In this document: positions 51,970 to 63,266 of the stretch, in pieces
Layout: the number at the start of each line of letters is the position of its first letter
Position numbering within the stretch: position 1 is the first letter of the stretch
Program-made: the position numbers and the translations under genes
Notes under the pieces: generated by a model
What the model was told of the DNA's origin: nothing
What the model saw: only the letters and a program-made list of their open reading frames with translations
The model's database searches: none
NCBI GenBank assembly: GCA_025055075.1
Contig: JANWYV010000045.1
Location: 22,423 to 86,422 of the forward strand
DNA length: 64,000 nucleotides
Direction: 5' to 3'
Source of the DNA: Blastocatellia bacterium
GTDB taxonomy: Bacteria > Acidobacteriota > Blastocatellia > HR10

Positions 51970-52680
51970 ATGACAGTGAAGCGATGGATGAGCACCGTCG
52001 TAGGAATAGCGCTCGCTCTGTTGAGCGCTCCTCCTTCGCGGAGCCGCGGAGCGCCGGACTCGGGCATGGCGGTCACCCCGATTCTGGAACGGATGGCGCA
52101 AGCTGTGCGGCAAATGCAGACGCTACGCGCTGCGCTCAGTCAAGAGAAGTTTTACGCACAGCTCGGCTTGAAAGATCCTCCCGAAAGGGGCGTTCTCTAC
52201 ATGAAGCGAAAGGGTGAGCGGAACCTTTCCCTCCGCATCGAGATCAACGTCCCTGAGAAACGGATCATTACGATCCGAGACAACCACTTCATGCTCTATC
52301 AGCCCCGGATCAATCAGGTGATCGAAGGGACCATTGATCGCCACTCGCTACGCGCCGCCGCCGGTTTCCTCGCCTATCTCTTCCATGGCCTTGCTCAAGC
52401 TGCCGAGGATTATGAGATCACCCTCGTCGGGCAGGAGACGATCGAAGGCCGTCGCCTTTCGCATCTGGTCCTCACCCCGAAGCCGAATCGACGTGGCCTC
52501 TATCGCCGCGTTGACCTCTGGGTGGATCACCAACTTTGGCTGCCCATTGTGCAGAAGATCGTCGAATCCAACCGCGATGAGACGCTCCTCAAGCTCGACG
52601 ATGTGAGACTCAACGTGAGCCTCCCCGACCACCTCTTTGTGCAAAAGCTCCCGCCGGGCGTGCAACGGGTCAGAGGGTGA
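51970..52680 (+). CDS. lolA: Outer-membrane lipoprotein carrier protein LolA family
   Basis: The start is ATG 51970. It has a signal peptide. The C-terminal motif LFVQKLPPGVQRV matches E. coli LolA FTFTPPQGVTV. The overall LolA pattern is present (LYMKRKGERNLSL...HFMLYQP). Confidence 0.65.
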   Translation: MTVKRWMSTVVGIALALLSAPPSRSRGAPDSGMAVTPILERMAQAVRQMQTLRAALSQEKFYAQLGLKDPPERGVLYMKRKGERNLSLRIEINVPEKRIITIRDNHFMLYQPRINQVIEGTIDRHSLRAAAGFLAYLFHGLAQAAEDYEITLVGQETIEGRRLSHLVLTPKPNRRGLYRRVDLWVDHQLWLPIVQKIVESNRDETLLKLDDVRLNVSLPDHLFVQKLPPGVQRVRG

Positions 52681-52726
52681 GGTAGTATCCCTCCCTGGTT
52701 GAAATCTCCGTCAGCCGAGAGATGTC

Positions 52727-52755
52727 TTGACGATGCCCGCCCCATCTGATATAAG
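52727..52755 (+). promoter_or_regulatory. Sigma70-like promoter candidate upstream of the FG-GAP repeat gene
   Basis: TTGACG is followed by a 17-nt spacer and then TATAAG. It lies about 125 nt upstream of ATG 52881. Confidence 0.45.
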
Positions 52756-52880
52756 TGAGCTTCGCCGTGCGTGAGGGAGAAGAGATGAGGCGCTGCAGTC
52801 CCTTGAAGCCCGCTAAATGCCTGCCTCATAGCGCCCTCGCCCATTGGCGTAGTGGAAGAACCTCACTGGGAGGATTTCGC

Positions 52881-54611
52881 ATGTCCTGGCAAACAGTCCG
52901 ATGCCTTTTCCCTCGCATTGTGGCGCTTGCGTCGCTCGCTCTTCTGATCGGCGGAGCGTGGTTCGTGCGTTCGGCGCGACCGGTCCAATCGCGTGAGGAC
53001 GTCGCGCCCGCCGCCTTGGATCTTCAACAAGGACCGGATCTGGCTCTGGTCGGGATGACGGCGAGCGATGGGATCACGGTGAACGCTGTCGGTCAGATCT
53101 CCGGTAACATTAATGCTATCGCGGCCGATGTCAACGGCGATGGGATGAACGATCTCCTCATAGGCGTGCCATACAACGATGGACCGGATGGAGCACGATC
53201 CAACTGTGGAGCTGTCTACATCATCCTGGGACGACCGGGACAAAGGCTGCCGCTCATCCGAGACCTGAATGCTGAAAGACCAAATGTCATCATCTATGGG
53301 GCGGATCCAGGCGACCAACTGGGATATAGCCTCGCTGCTGGTGATGTCAATGGGGATGGCGTGGCTGATGTGATCATCGGCGCCCCATTTGCAGATGGGC
53401 CGAATAATGCTCGGTCGAACGTCGGTGAGGTCTATGTGCTCTTCGGTGGTTCTTCCATCGCCGCAACCTCTGTGCGCGATCTGCGTTCTTCTTCAGCGGA
53501 TGTCACGATCATCGGATGGGGAGGCCCGGCAGGAAAGAACGTGCAGGATGAAGCGGGCGCATCTGTCGCTGTAGGTGATGTGAATGGGGATAGAATTGCG
53601 GACATCATCATTGGGGCTCCAGGCGTGAAAGGCCCAGATGGAAATCGAACGACGTCTCCGGCTCTTGGCCTTCCGGTCTCAGCGGGAGCGATTTATGTTC
53701 TCTTTGGCTCCTCCAGATGGACGTCTCCCAGGGACATCGGGAGCAATCCGGCTCAGCCATCGGCAGATGTCGTGATCTATGGCCGGACAAGCACGGTCGC
53801 CCAAATCTATAGAGTCGGCGAAGGCCTTGGACAGGCTGTGGCTGTGGGAGATGTCAATGGGGATGGGATTGGAGATATCATTGGAGGCGCACCTTTCTAC
53901 ACCGCGGGGAACGACGTCAGTCAAGGGCGAGCGTATGTCTTTTTGGGGAGTCGTTCCCCCCGGAATCTCCGCGATACCTCAAGGACAGGTACTGACCCCC
54001 AAGCCCCGAACGCTACGATTAATGGAATTGACGCCGCCGATTTTCTGGGAAGCATCGTCGCGACGGGCGATGTGAGTGGGGATGGCATAGATGATCTCGT
54101 CATCGGTGTTCCTCAAGGCTCTGGCCCAGGGAATGCACGCCCAGGCTCGGGAGAAGTCTACGTGCTTTTTGGGGGTAGCTCTCTGACAGGAAGTCGAGAC
54201 CTCGATAGGAATCCACCTGACGCGCGTTTTTATGGTGCGGATCCTGGAGATGCCTTGGGCTTTTCCATCGCCGTGGGGGATTGGAACGGGGATGGCCAAA
54301 GGGATCTAATTTTGGCAGCTCCGGCAGCCGATGGGCCGGGAAACCGACGGGATGGAGCCGGCGAGATTTACATCATTCTCGGTGGAGCGAGTTTCTTGCG
54401 CGGCACGGTGGATTTCGCGGAAACGCCGCCTGATCCGAATTTGACGATCTACGGCGCGACGATTGGGGATCAGGTGGGATTCTCTCTTGCCGCCGCGGAT
54501 CTGGATCGGGACGGGAAAGCGGACGTCATCGCGACGTCTCCATTTGGAGATGGTCCGCCGGAGATCCGGCGCCCAAAGGCCGGCGTGGTTTACGCCATCC
54601 GCGGCCGATAG
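52881..54611 (+). CDS. FG-GAP (integrin-alpha-type) repeat beta-propeller protein, membrane-anchored/exported
   Basis: The start is ATG 52881, with GGGAGGA SD. There is an N-terminal anchor (IVALASLALLIGGAWF). At least 8 repeats each carry a D-x-N-x-D-G Ca-loop (DVNGDGMND, DVNGDGVAD, DVNGDRIAD, DVNGDGIGD, DVSGDGIDD, DWNGDGQRD, DLDRDGKAD). Confidence 0.8.
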   Translation: MSWQTVRCLFPRIVALASLALLIGGAWFVRSARPVQSREDVAPAALDLQQGPDLALVGMTASDGITVNAVGQISGNINAIAADVNGDGMNDLLIGVPYNDGPDGARSNCGAVYIILGRPGQRLPLIRDLNAERPNVIIYGADPGDQLGYSLAAGDVNGDGVADVIIGAPFADGPNNARSNVGEVYVLFGGSSIAATSVRDLRSSSADVTIIGWGGPAGKNVQDEAGASVAVGDVNGDRIADIIIGAPGVKGPDGNRTTSPALGLPVSAGAIYVLFGSSRWTSPRDIGSNPAQPSADVVIYGRTSTVAQIYRVGEGLGQAVAVGDVNGDGIGDIIGGAPFYTAGNDVSQGRAYVFLGSRSPRNLRDTSRTGTDPQAPNATINGIDAADFLGSIVATGDVSGDGIDDLVIGVPQGSGPGNARPGSGEVYVLFGGSSLTGSRDLDRNPPDARFYGADPGDALGFSIAVGDWNGDGQRDLILAAPAADGPGNRRDGAGEIYIILGGASFLRGTVDFAETPPDPNLTIYGATIGDQVGFSLAAADLDRDGKADVIATSPFGDGPPEIRRPKAGVVYAIRGR

Positions 54612-54622
54612 CTCGAGGTGGA

Positions 54623-54650
54623 GGGGCGAAGGAGCAGATTCCTTCGCCCC
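54623..54650. terminator. Bidirectional terminator-like hairpin between convergent genes
   Basis: Perfect inverted repeat GGGGCGAAGGA-(6 nt)-TCCTTCGCCCC lies between the stop at 54611 (+) and the stop at 54713 (-). Confidence 0.5.
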
Positions 54651-54712
54651 GTGCGAACAATTGCGGTCGCTGAGGAAAAACTCGGATGAGGCCTCCCTGT
54701 GAAGTAAGGTGA

Positions 54713-55996
54713 TCACCTTACTTCCACCTTCCGCTCGTACACCACGCGGCCTTGGATGAAGACAGCCCGCACCAAATTCACGCCGAAGAAATACGGGATT
54801 TGGCGATAATCCGATGCTTCGAAGAGGACGAGATCGGCTCGCTTGCCGATTTCGAGCGATCCCACTTGATGACCGCGATCGAGGCTATAGGCAGCATTGA
54901 TCGTCGCCGCGGCGATCGCCTCGGCCGGCGTTAGTTTCATCTGCGTGCAGGCGAGCGCGAGGATCATCGGCATGCTCGGCGTGGGGGATGTCCCCGGATT
55001 GAAGTCTGTTGCGAGGACGACGGGAACGCCCGCCTCGATGAGCTTCCGCGCCGGAGGATACTCGTGTCGGCCGAGATGAAAGCATGCCCCGGGGAGAAGA
55101 ACGGCCATCACTCCAGCCTCTGCCAAGGCGGCGATGTCTTCGTCCGTGATCTTCTCTAAGTGATCCGCCGTCCGCGCGCGAAACTCAGCGGCCAAGCGCG
55201 CCGCGCCCGAGCGTGCGAGTTGTTCCGCGTGAAGACGTAGCTTCAATCCATGAGCCCGTGCAGCCTCCATCAAGATGCGGGCCTCATCTACCGTGAACGC
55301 GCCTGCGTCGCAAAAGACATCGTGATACTCCGCTAGGCCCTCGCGCGCGACCTCCGGCAGAAGCTCTTCCACGATCATCCGAATGTAAGCCGAGCGATCG
55401 CCGACAAATTCCTCGGGAACGACATGAGCGGCCAGAAGCGTGGGGACGATGTCCAAGGGACCCTCCTCACGAAGCCGTCGGATCACGCGCAAGATCTTCA
55501 ACTCCTCCTCTCGGCTCAAGCCATATCCGCTTTTGACTTCGATTGTCGTCGTCCCGTGTTCGAGGAACCACCGAAGGCGATGGCGCGCGATCTCCAGGAG
55601 CGCATCTTCTGACGCAGCGCGCGTCTGACGGACGGTCGTCCAAATGCCCCCTCCTCGACGGGCAATCTCCTCATAACTCAAGCCGCGCATTCGCCATTGG
55701 AACTCCTCGACCCGATCGCCAGCGAAAACCAGATGTGTGTGGGCATCGACGAAGCCCGGCAGCACGACCATGCCACGTGCGTCCCATCGCACTACATCAC
55801 GGGGAAGCGCGGATTCTAAGGCATTCGTCGGCCCGACGGCGACGATGATCCCGTTCTCGATTAATATGGCGCCGTTCTCGATGATGCCCAGCTCTTCCAG
55901 CTCTCGACCGACGCGCGGTCGGTTCGGTCCGGCGAGCGTCACCACCTGAGCCGCCGAGTGGAGGAACAATGGTCGCGCTGTCTTCGGATCAGCCAT
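54713..55996 (-). CDS. hutI: Imidazolonepropionase
   Basis: The start is trimmed to ATG 55996, with GGAGGTG SD. The amidohydrolase metal motif is FVDAHTHLVF. The alignment pattern is HutI-like. Confidence 0.75.
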   Translation of the reverse strand: MADPKTARPLFLHSAAQVVTLAGPNRPRVGRELEELGIIENGAILIENGIIVAVGPTNALESALPRDVVRWDARGMVVLPGFVDAHTHLVFAGDRVEEFQWRMRGLSYEEIARRGGGIWTTVRQTRAASEDALLEIARHRLRWFLEHGTTTIEVKSGYGLSREEELKILRVIRRLREEGPLDIVPTLLAAHVVPEEFVGDRSAYIRMIVEELLPEVAREGLAEYHDVFCDAGAFTVDEARILMEAARAHGLKLRLHAEQLARSGAARLAAEFRARTADHLEKITDEDIAALAEAGVMAVLLPGACFHLGRHEYPPARKLIEAGVPVVLATDFNPGTSPTPSMPMILALACTQMKLTPAEAIAAATINAAYSLDRGHQVGSLEIGKRADLVLFEASDYRQIPYFFGVNLVRAVFIQGRVVYERKVEVR

Positions 55997-56116
55997 TTTC
56001 ACCTCCCGGCCGAGTATCCTACTTCCCCTTGCCGAGATGGGCAACCGAGCTGGGTATTCTCTCGACCCAAAGTCTTTGCACCGGACGAAGCGATTGGCTA
56101 TACTGCCAGGGCGAAC

Positions 56117-57201
56117 ATGTCCAATCCGGGCGAGCGAAAGGAGCGTGCGCATTGTATTGAGGAAGCCGTGCGCGCGTATGCCGCGCGCGTCTTTGGTCTC
56201 GATCCCTGCCGCGTTCGAGCGAAGAAGTTGGCCGGCGATGCCTCGCTGCGACAGTATTTCCGCGTTTACCTGCCGGATGGGCGCCATTACGTCGTCGCGC
56301 GCTACCCTGAACCGTTCGATCCGACCACGCACCCCTATTGCGACGTGACGGCTCTCTTCCTCAAAGCCGGACTCCCCGTACCAACGATCTTTGATGCTGA
56401 CGGCGAGCGCGGGATGATGCTTCTGGAAGATCTCGGTGATGTCCGATTGCAAGATTGGCTCCCAACGGCGCGCCCCGATGAGCAACGAGCAGCGTATCGG
56501 GAAGCTATTCAATTGATCCTTCGGATTCAAGGAGCGACGCGCTTGGCCGACGAATGCGGGTCAATAGCTGCGCGCCTAGCCTTCGATGTGGAGAAGTTGG
56601 ATTGGGAGCTGCGCTTCTTCTTCTCGAATTTTTTCGAGAAGTATCTTGGCCTCTCGCTCGCTCCCGGACAGACGGAGCGCTTGCACGCGGAATTCCTGGA
56701 GATCGCTGCGGAGTTGGCAGCGATTCCGCGTGTGCTGACGCATCGGGATTTCCACTCTCGGAACTTGATGTGGTATCGAGGTCGGCTTTACATCATTGAC
56801 CATCAGGACGCACGCTTGGGGCCGCCCAGTTATGATCTCGCCTCGCTGCTCGGCGATCCGTATGTGGAGCTGGACGATGCCCTCATCGAAGCGATGATCG
56901 AGTTCTTCCTGGAGGAAAAATCCCGCGCGGAGGCGACGTGGGGACAGGTCGAGCGACGCGCGGCCTTTCGCCGGGAGCTGGATTTGATGGCCCTGCAGCG
57001 ACTCCTGAAAGCGACGGGCACGTATGCGTATCAAGCGGCCGTGGTAGGGAATCCCGTCTACAAGCCATATATCCCGCGAGCGCTCCAGCGGGCCGCGCGC
57101 GCCCTCTTTCGGCTGGGACGCTTTCCCGCGCTTCGGAAGACGTTTGAAGAGATCATCGCGCCCGCCCTCTTGGAGCGAGTGGCAATGGAGGCGAATCGCC
57201 A

Positions 57202-57205
<4 letters not shown>
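56117..57205 (+). CDS. Phosphotransferase-enzyme-family (APH/ChoK-like) kinase
   Basis: The start is ATG 56117. The Brenner motif is [11 protein letters not shown]. The DFG-equivalent is IIDHQDA. Confidence 0.65.
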
Positions 57206-59301
<2,096 letters not shown>

Positions 59302-59326
59302 GCCGCATTCGCGGCCGCTCACGGCG

Positions 59327-60463
59327 GTGAAGGTCCTGCAGATCGGAAAATTCTACTTCCCCGTCCCCGGCGGCATGGAGACGGTCTTGCAGCATCTCTG
59401 CGAGGAGCTGAATGCGCACGTGGACCTGCATGTCCTCGTCGCGAATACGCAACCGCGAACAGTGACCGAATGGGTTAACGGCGTTTTGGTGACGCGCGTG
59501 GCTCGATGGGGACAAATCGCTTCTACGCCGCTCTGCCCTTCACTTCCTCATCTTGTGACCAAGCATCGTGCCGACATCCTCCACCTTCATGAACCGAATC
59601 CGATGGCCACACTCGCAGTGCTGATGGCGAATCCGAGAGCGCGCGTGCTCGTCTCTTTCCACAGCGAGGTCGTGCGACAGCGCATATGGCGACCGGTCTA
59701 TCGTCCACTCCTTGCGCGGCTCTTGCGACGCGCCGATCGCATCATCATCGCCACGCCGCGCCATCTCGATCTTCCCACGCTTCGCCCCTATCGCGACAAG
59801 TGCGTCATCATCCCTTTCGGCATTGATGTGACCCGCTTCCGACCGAATGAGACACTGCGACAGCGCGCCGCAGCGATTCGCGCCGAATTCGGGCCTCGCG
59901 TGATCCTATTCGTTGGTCGACTCGTGTACTACAAGGGCGTGGAGTATCTGATCGAGGCAATGCTCCGCGTCCCAGCGCGGCTCCTCATCGTCGGGCGCGG
60001 CCCGCGCGAACGCGCGTTGCGACGACGCGCGCGCGCCCTCGGGCTCGACGAGCGAGTCGCCTTCCTCGGGGAGATCGCGCACGAGCACCTTCCGGCCTAT
60101 TACCACGCCTGCGATCTCTTGGTCCTCCCCTCCATTCGAGAGAGCGAGACCTTCGGCATCGTTCAACTCGAGGCGATGGCAGCGGGGAAACCCGTCATCA
60201 GCACGGCGCTACCCACCGGCGTCGCGTGGGTGAATCAGCACGAAGTCACTGGACTCCTTGTTCCCCCAGCGAATGCCGATGCCTTGGCGGACGCCATGAA
60301 CCGATTGCTGGAAGACGACGCGCTTCGTCAACGGCTCGGGGAAGCTGCTCGCCAATACGTGAGCGAGCGCTTCACTCGTCAGAGGATGGCGCGCGCCGTC
60401 CTCGCCCTCTACGAGGACGTGCTCTCTGACGCCCTACGATCGGCCTCTTCGCGCGAACCGTAG
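59327..60463 (+). CDS. Glycosyltransferase family 4 (GT-B fold)
   Basis: The start is GTG. The C-terminal motif ESETFGIVQLEAMAAGKPVI is the EX7E-like motif. Confidence 0.8.
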   Translation: MKVLQIGKFYFPVPGGMETVLQHLCEELNAHVDLHVLVANTQPRTVTEWVNGVLVTRVARWGQIASTPLCPSLPHLVTKHRADILHLHEPNPMATLAVLMANPRARVLVSFHSEVVRQRIWRPVYRPLLARLLRRADRIIIATPRHLDLPTLRPYRDKCVIIPFGIDVTRFRPNETLRQRAAAIRAEFGPRVILFVGRLVYYKGVEYLIEAMLRVPARLLIVGRGPRERALRRRARALGLDERVAFLGEIAHEHLPAYYHACDLLVLPSIRESETFGIVQLEAMAAGKPVISTALPTGVAWVNQHEVTGLLVPPANADALADAMNRLLEDDALRQRLGEAARQYVSERFTRQRMARAVLALYEDVLSDALRSASSREP

Positions 60464-60486
60464 CCAAAGATCCCTGCGCGCAGGCA

Positions 60487-60993
60487 TCACGGTCGCTTCG
60501 GTCGAAGGCTCAAGCGATGCATGATCTCGTCGGCCACCGCTTCGGGCGCTTGAGAACCCGCATCCACTCGCAGATCGGCTTGTTGATAGGCCGGAAGGCG
60601 CGCCTCGAGCAGCGCGCGCATCTGCTCGGCCGAACGATAGAGCGGACGATCGGATGTTCCACTTAATCGTGCCAGGATGACCTCCAGCGGACAATCGAGC
60701 CAGACCGAGACGCCCAATCGTTTGACTTCGCGACGATTCCCCTCGCTCACGAAAGCCCCGCCGCCGAGCGCCACGACGACATCTTCCCATGCTTCGAGCT
60801 CGCGCAAAGCACGGCTCTCCATCTCACGAAAGGCGCCTTCCCCCATTCGCGCGAAGATCTCACGGATCGAGAGACCCGCTTGCTCTTGAATCAGCTCATC
60901 GAGATCCAGGAAGGCGTATCCGAGTTTCTCGGCCAAGAGGCGCCCAACGGTCGTCTTCCCCGATCCCATGAAGCCGACCAGAAAAATCCGCAT
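60487..60993 (-). CDS. aroK: Shikimate kinase
   Basis: Walker A is GFMGSGKTT. The protein is 168 aa. The start overlaps the aroA stop. Confidence 0.85.
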   Translation of the reverse strand: MRIFLVGFMGSGKTTVGRLLAEKLGYAFLDLDELIQEQAGLSIREIFARMGEGAFREMESRALRELEAWEDVVVALGGGAFVSEGNRREVKRLGVSVWLDCPLEVILARLSGTSDRPLYRSAEQMRALLEARLPAYQQADLRVDAGSQAPEAVADEIMHRLSLRPKRP

Positions 60994-62309
60994 CACCGTT
61001 CGACGATCTGCTCCAGTAAGCGAAAGAACGCCGGGAAGGAGATGGCCGCGACCTCGGGGTCCCGGATGATCGTCTCCCCTTCGGCCAAAAGTCCGGCGAT
61101 CGCAAACGCCATCGCGAGACGATGATCGCCCTCGTGTTCGATTTCCGCTCCCCGCAGCGCCTGCGGCCCGGCGACGGCGAACCCATCCGCATATTCGATC
61201 ACCTGAGCGCCCATGCGCCTCAAGTTCTCCACGAGTACGCGAATCCGATCGCTCTCTTTGACGCGCAACTCGGTCGCCTCGCGCACGAGCATTCCCCCTG
61301 GCATTTGCGTCGCGAGAACAGCGAGCACGGGGATCTCATCAATCACCTTCGGGATGAGCGCTCCGCTGAGGACGAGCGGCTCCGCGCGCCCGCGCTCAGC
61401 GCGCGGAGGAGAGACGACGCGCACATCGCCCACTGGCTCGCCATGCCATCGGCGCACGTTCTCGATCTCGATACGCGCCCCCCACTGCCGAAGGACGTCA
61501 AGAAACCCCGTGCGCGTCGGATTGAGCAAGACGTCGCGAACGAGCAGATGCGAGCCCGACAGGGCGAGCGCGCCAGCGATGAAGAAAGCCGCCGAGGAGA
61601 TGTCGCCGGCGATTCGATACTCTCGCGCTCGCAGTTGAGGCCGCCCCACGACGGAGATGATTCCTCCCGACGAGTTCACACGAGCACCGAATTCAGCAAG
61701 CATGATCTCCGTATGATCTCGCGTGGGGACTGCTTCCTCTACGGTCGTCGTCCCCGAGGCGAAAAGACCAGCTAACAGCACGCACGACTTGACCTGCGCG
61801 CTCGCCACCGGCATCCGATACCAAATTGGGCGCAAGCTTCCTCCGCAAATCGTCAGGGGCGCATAACGCTCTTCGCGCGCGCGCACCGAAGCCCCCATCA
61901 ATCGCAGCGGATGCACGATCCGATCCATGGGCCGACGCTGCAGCGACATATCGCCCGTGATCGTGCTCTCAAACCGTTGCCCGGCCAGAATCCCCGCGAG
62001 CATGCGGATGGTGGAGCCGGAGTTTCCGGCATCGAGCACATGCTGGGGTTGGGTGAACCCTTCCAGGCCCATTCCACGAACGACCACCACCATTCCCTCT
62101 TCGGCGTCGGCGACTTCGATCGGAACGCCCAAGGCCCGCAGACAAGCGAGCGTGCGCTCGCAATCGAGACTCGGAGAGAAATTCTGCAATCGGGAGACGC
62201 CCTCGCTCAGAGCGGCGCATAAGGCCGCGCGATGCGAGAGGGATTTGTCCCCCGGCATGCGCAGCTCACCCACGAGGCGCTTCGCTCTGCCGATCACGCA
62301 TCTTGACAT
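60993..62309 (-). CDS. aroA: 3-phosphoshikimate 1-carboxyvinyltransferase (EPSP synthase)
   Basis: The N-terminus LRMPGDKSLSHRA matches the canonical LPGSKSxSNRA. The length is 438 aa. Confidence 0.9.
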   Translation of the reverse strand: MSRCVIGRAKRLVGELRMPGDKSLSHRAALCAALSEGVSRLQNFSPSLDCERTLACLRALGVPIEVADAEEGMVVVVRGMGLEGFTQPQHVLDAGNSGSTIRMLAGILAGQRFESTITGDMSLQRRPMDRIVHPLRLMGASVRAREERYAPLTICGGSLRPIWYRMPVASAQVKSCVLLAGLFASGTTTVEEAVPTRDHTEIMLAEFGARVNSSGGIISVVGRPQLRAREYRIAGDISSAAFFIAGALALSGSHLLVRDVLLNPTRTGFLDVLRQWGARIEIENVRRWHGEPVGDVRVVSPPRAERGRAEPLVLSGALIPKVIDEIPVLAVLATQMPGGMLVREATELRVKESDRIRVLVENLRRMGAQVIEYADGFAVAGPQALRGAEIEHEGDHRLAMAFAIAGLLAEGETIIRDPEVAAISFPAFFRLLEQIVER

Positions 62310-62448
62310 AGGACCCCTGCTATGTTACATCACTCCTTCCGAAGATGCACAACGCCTGCTCCGCAACTGAAAAACACGCGCGCATGGACAGCCCTCCTCC
62401 CGAACAGACTGTTCGGCCCGGCAGCTTCCAGCGCGCATGGGGGGCTCC

Positions 62449-62895
62449 ATGAGACAGGAGCGGGGCCCGGAGACCTACAGCATCAGTCTGAGCATAGCGA
62501 GCGGCTTCGAATTCGTCGAACTCGTGGAGAGGGTGACCGCGACGCTCGCCCGCCTCGCAGGATTCGATGAGGAGACGGCCATGTGGATCAGCATGGCCGT
62601 GCGCGAGGCCGTCATCAACGCCATCAAGCATGGCAACAAGGAGGACCGACAGAAGCGGGTCGAGATCCAATACGCCTTTAATCACGAGGGCCTCAGCATC
62701 CGCGTGCTTGACCAAGGAAGCGGTTTCGACCTCTCCCAGGTGCCCAATCCGCTGGACCCGGAGAACCTGTTGAAGCCAACCGGACGCGGCATCTTCTACA
62801 TGAAGGCGTTCATGGATGAGGTGGACATCTGGTCATCGCCGGGCAGGGGAACGGTCGTCCGATTGCGGAAGAAGATGCGCTCGGAGAGTCCGTAG
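62449..62895 (+). CDS. Anti-sigma regulatory factor (RsbW/SpoIIAB-like serine kinase, HATPase_c)
   Basis: The start is ATG 62449. The N-box motif is REAVINAIKHGN. The G-boxes are DQGSGF and GRGI. Confidence 0.7.
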   Translation: MRQERGPETYSISLSIASGFEFVELVERVTATLARLAGFDEETAMWISMAVREAVINAIKHGNKEDRQKRVEIQYAFNHEGLSIRVLDQGSGFDLSQVPNPLDPENLLKPTGRGIFYMKAFMDEVDIWSSPGRGTVVRLRKKMRSESP

Positions 62896-63237
62896 ATGAT
62901 CCGCATCGAGCATCGCACCATCGGAGATGTCCACATCCTGGACATCGAGGGACGCATCACGATCGGTGAAGGGACGCTTCAATTTCGCGAGGCCGTGCAC
63001 CGCGTGCTCCAGCAAGGAGGGCGCAAGATCTTGCTTAATCTCGCTGGCGTCACGCACATGGATAGCTCGGGCATCGGAGAGCTGGTGAGCGCATATACGG
63101 CGGCGGGGAATCGCGGCGGCCGTCTGAAGCTCCTTCACGTTCCCCCACGCATCCGAGAGGTCCTGACGATCACGAAACTGGTTGCCGTCTTCGAAGCCTT
63201 CGATGACGAGGCGGTCGCGGTGGAGAGCTTTCAATAG
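62896..63237 (+). CDS. Anti-sigma factor antagonist (STAS domain, RsbV/SpoIIAA-like)
   Basis: 113 aa. The conserved phospho-serine region is DSSGIGEL. The gene immediately follows the kinase gene. Confidence 0.7.
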   Translation: MIRIEHRTIGDVHILDIEGRITIGEGTLQFREAVHRVLQQGGRKILLNLAGVTHMDSSGIGELVSAYTAAGNRGGRLKLLHVPPRIREVLTITKLVAVFEAFDDEAVAVESFQ

Positions 63238-63266
63238 CCTTCTCTCCCCCCAGGAACCTCCTACCT

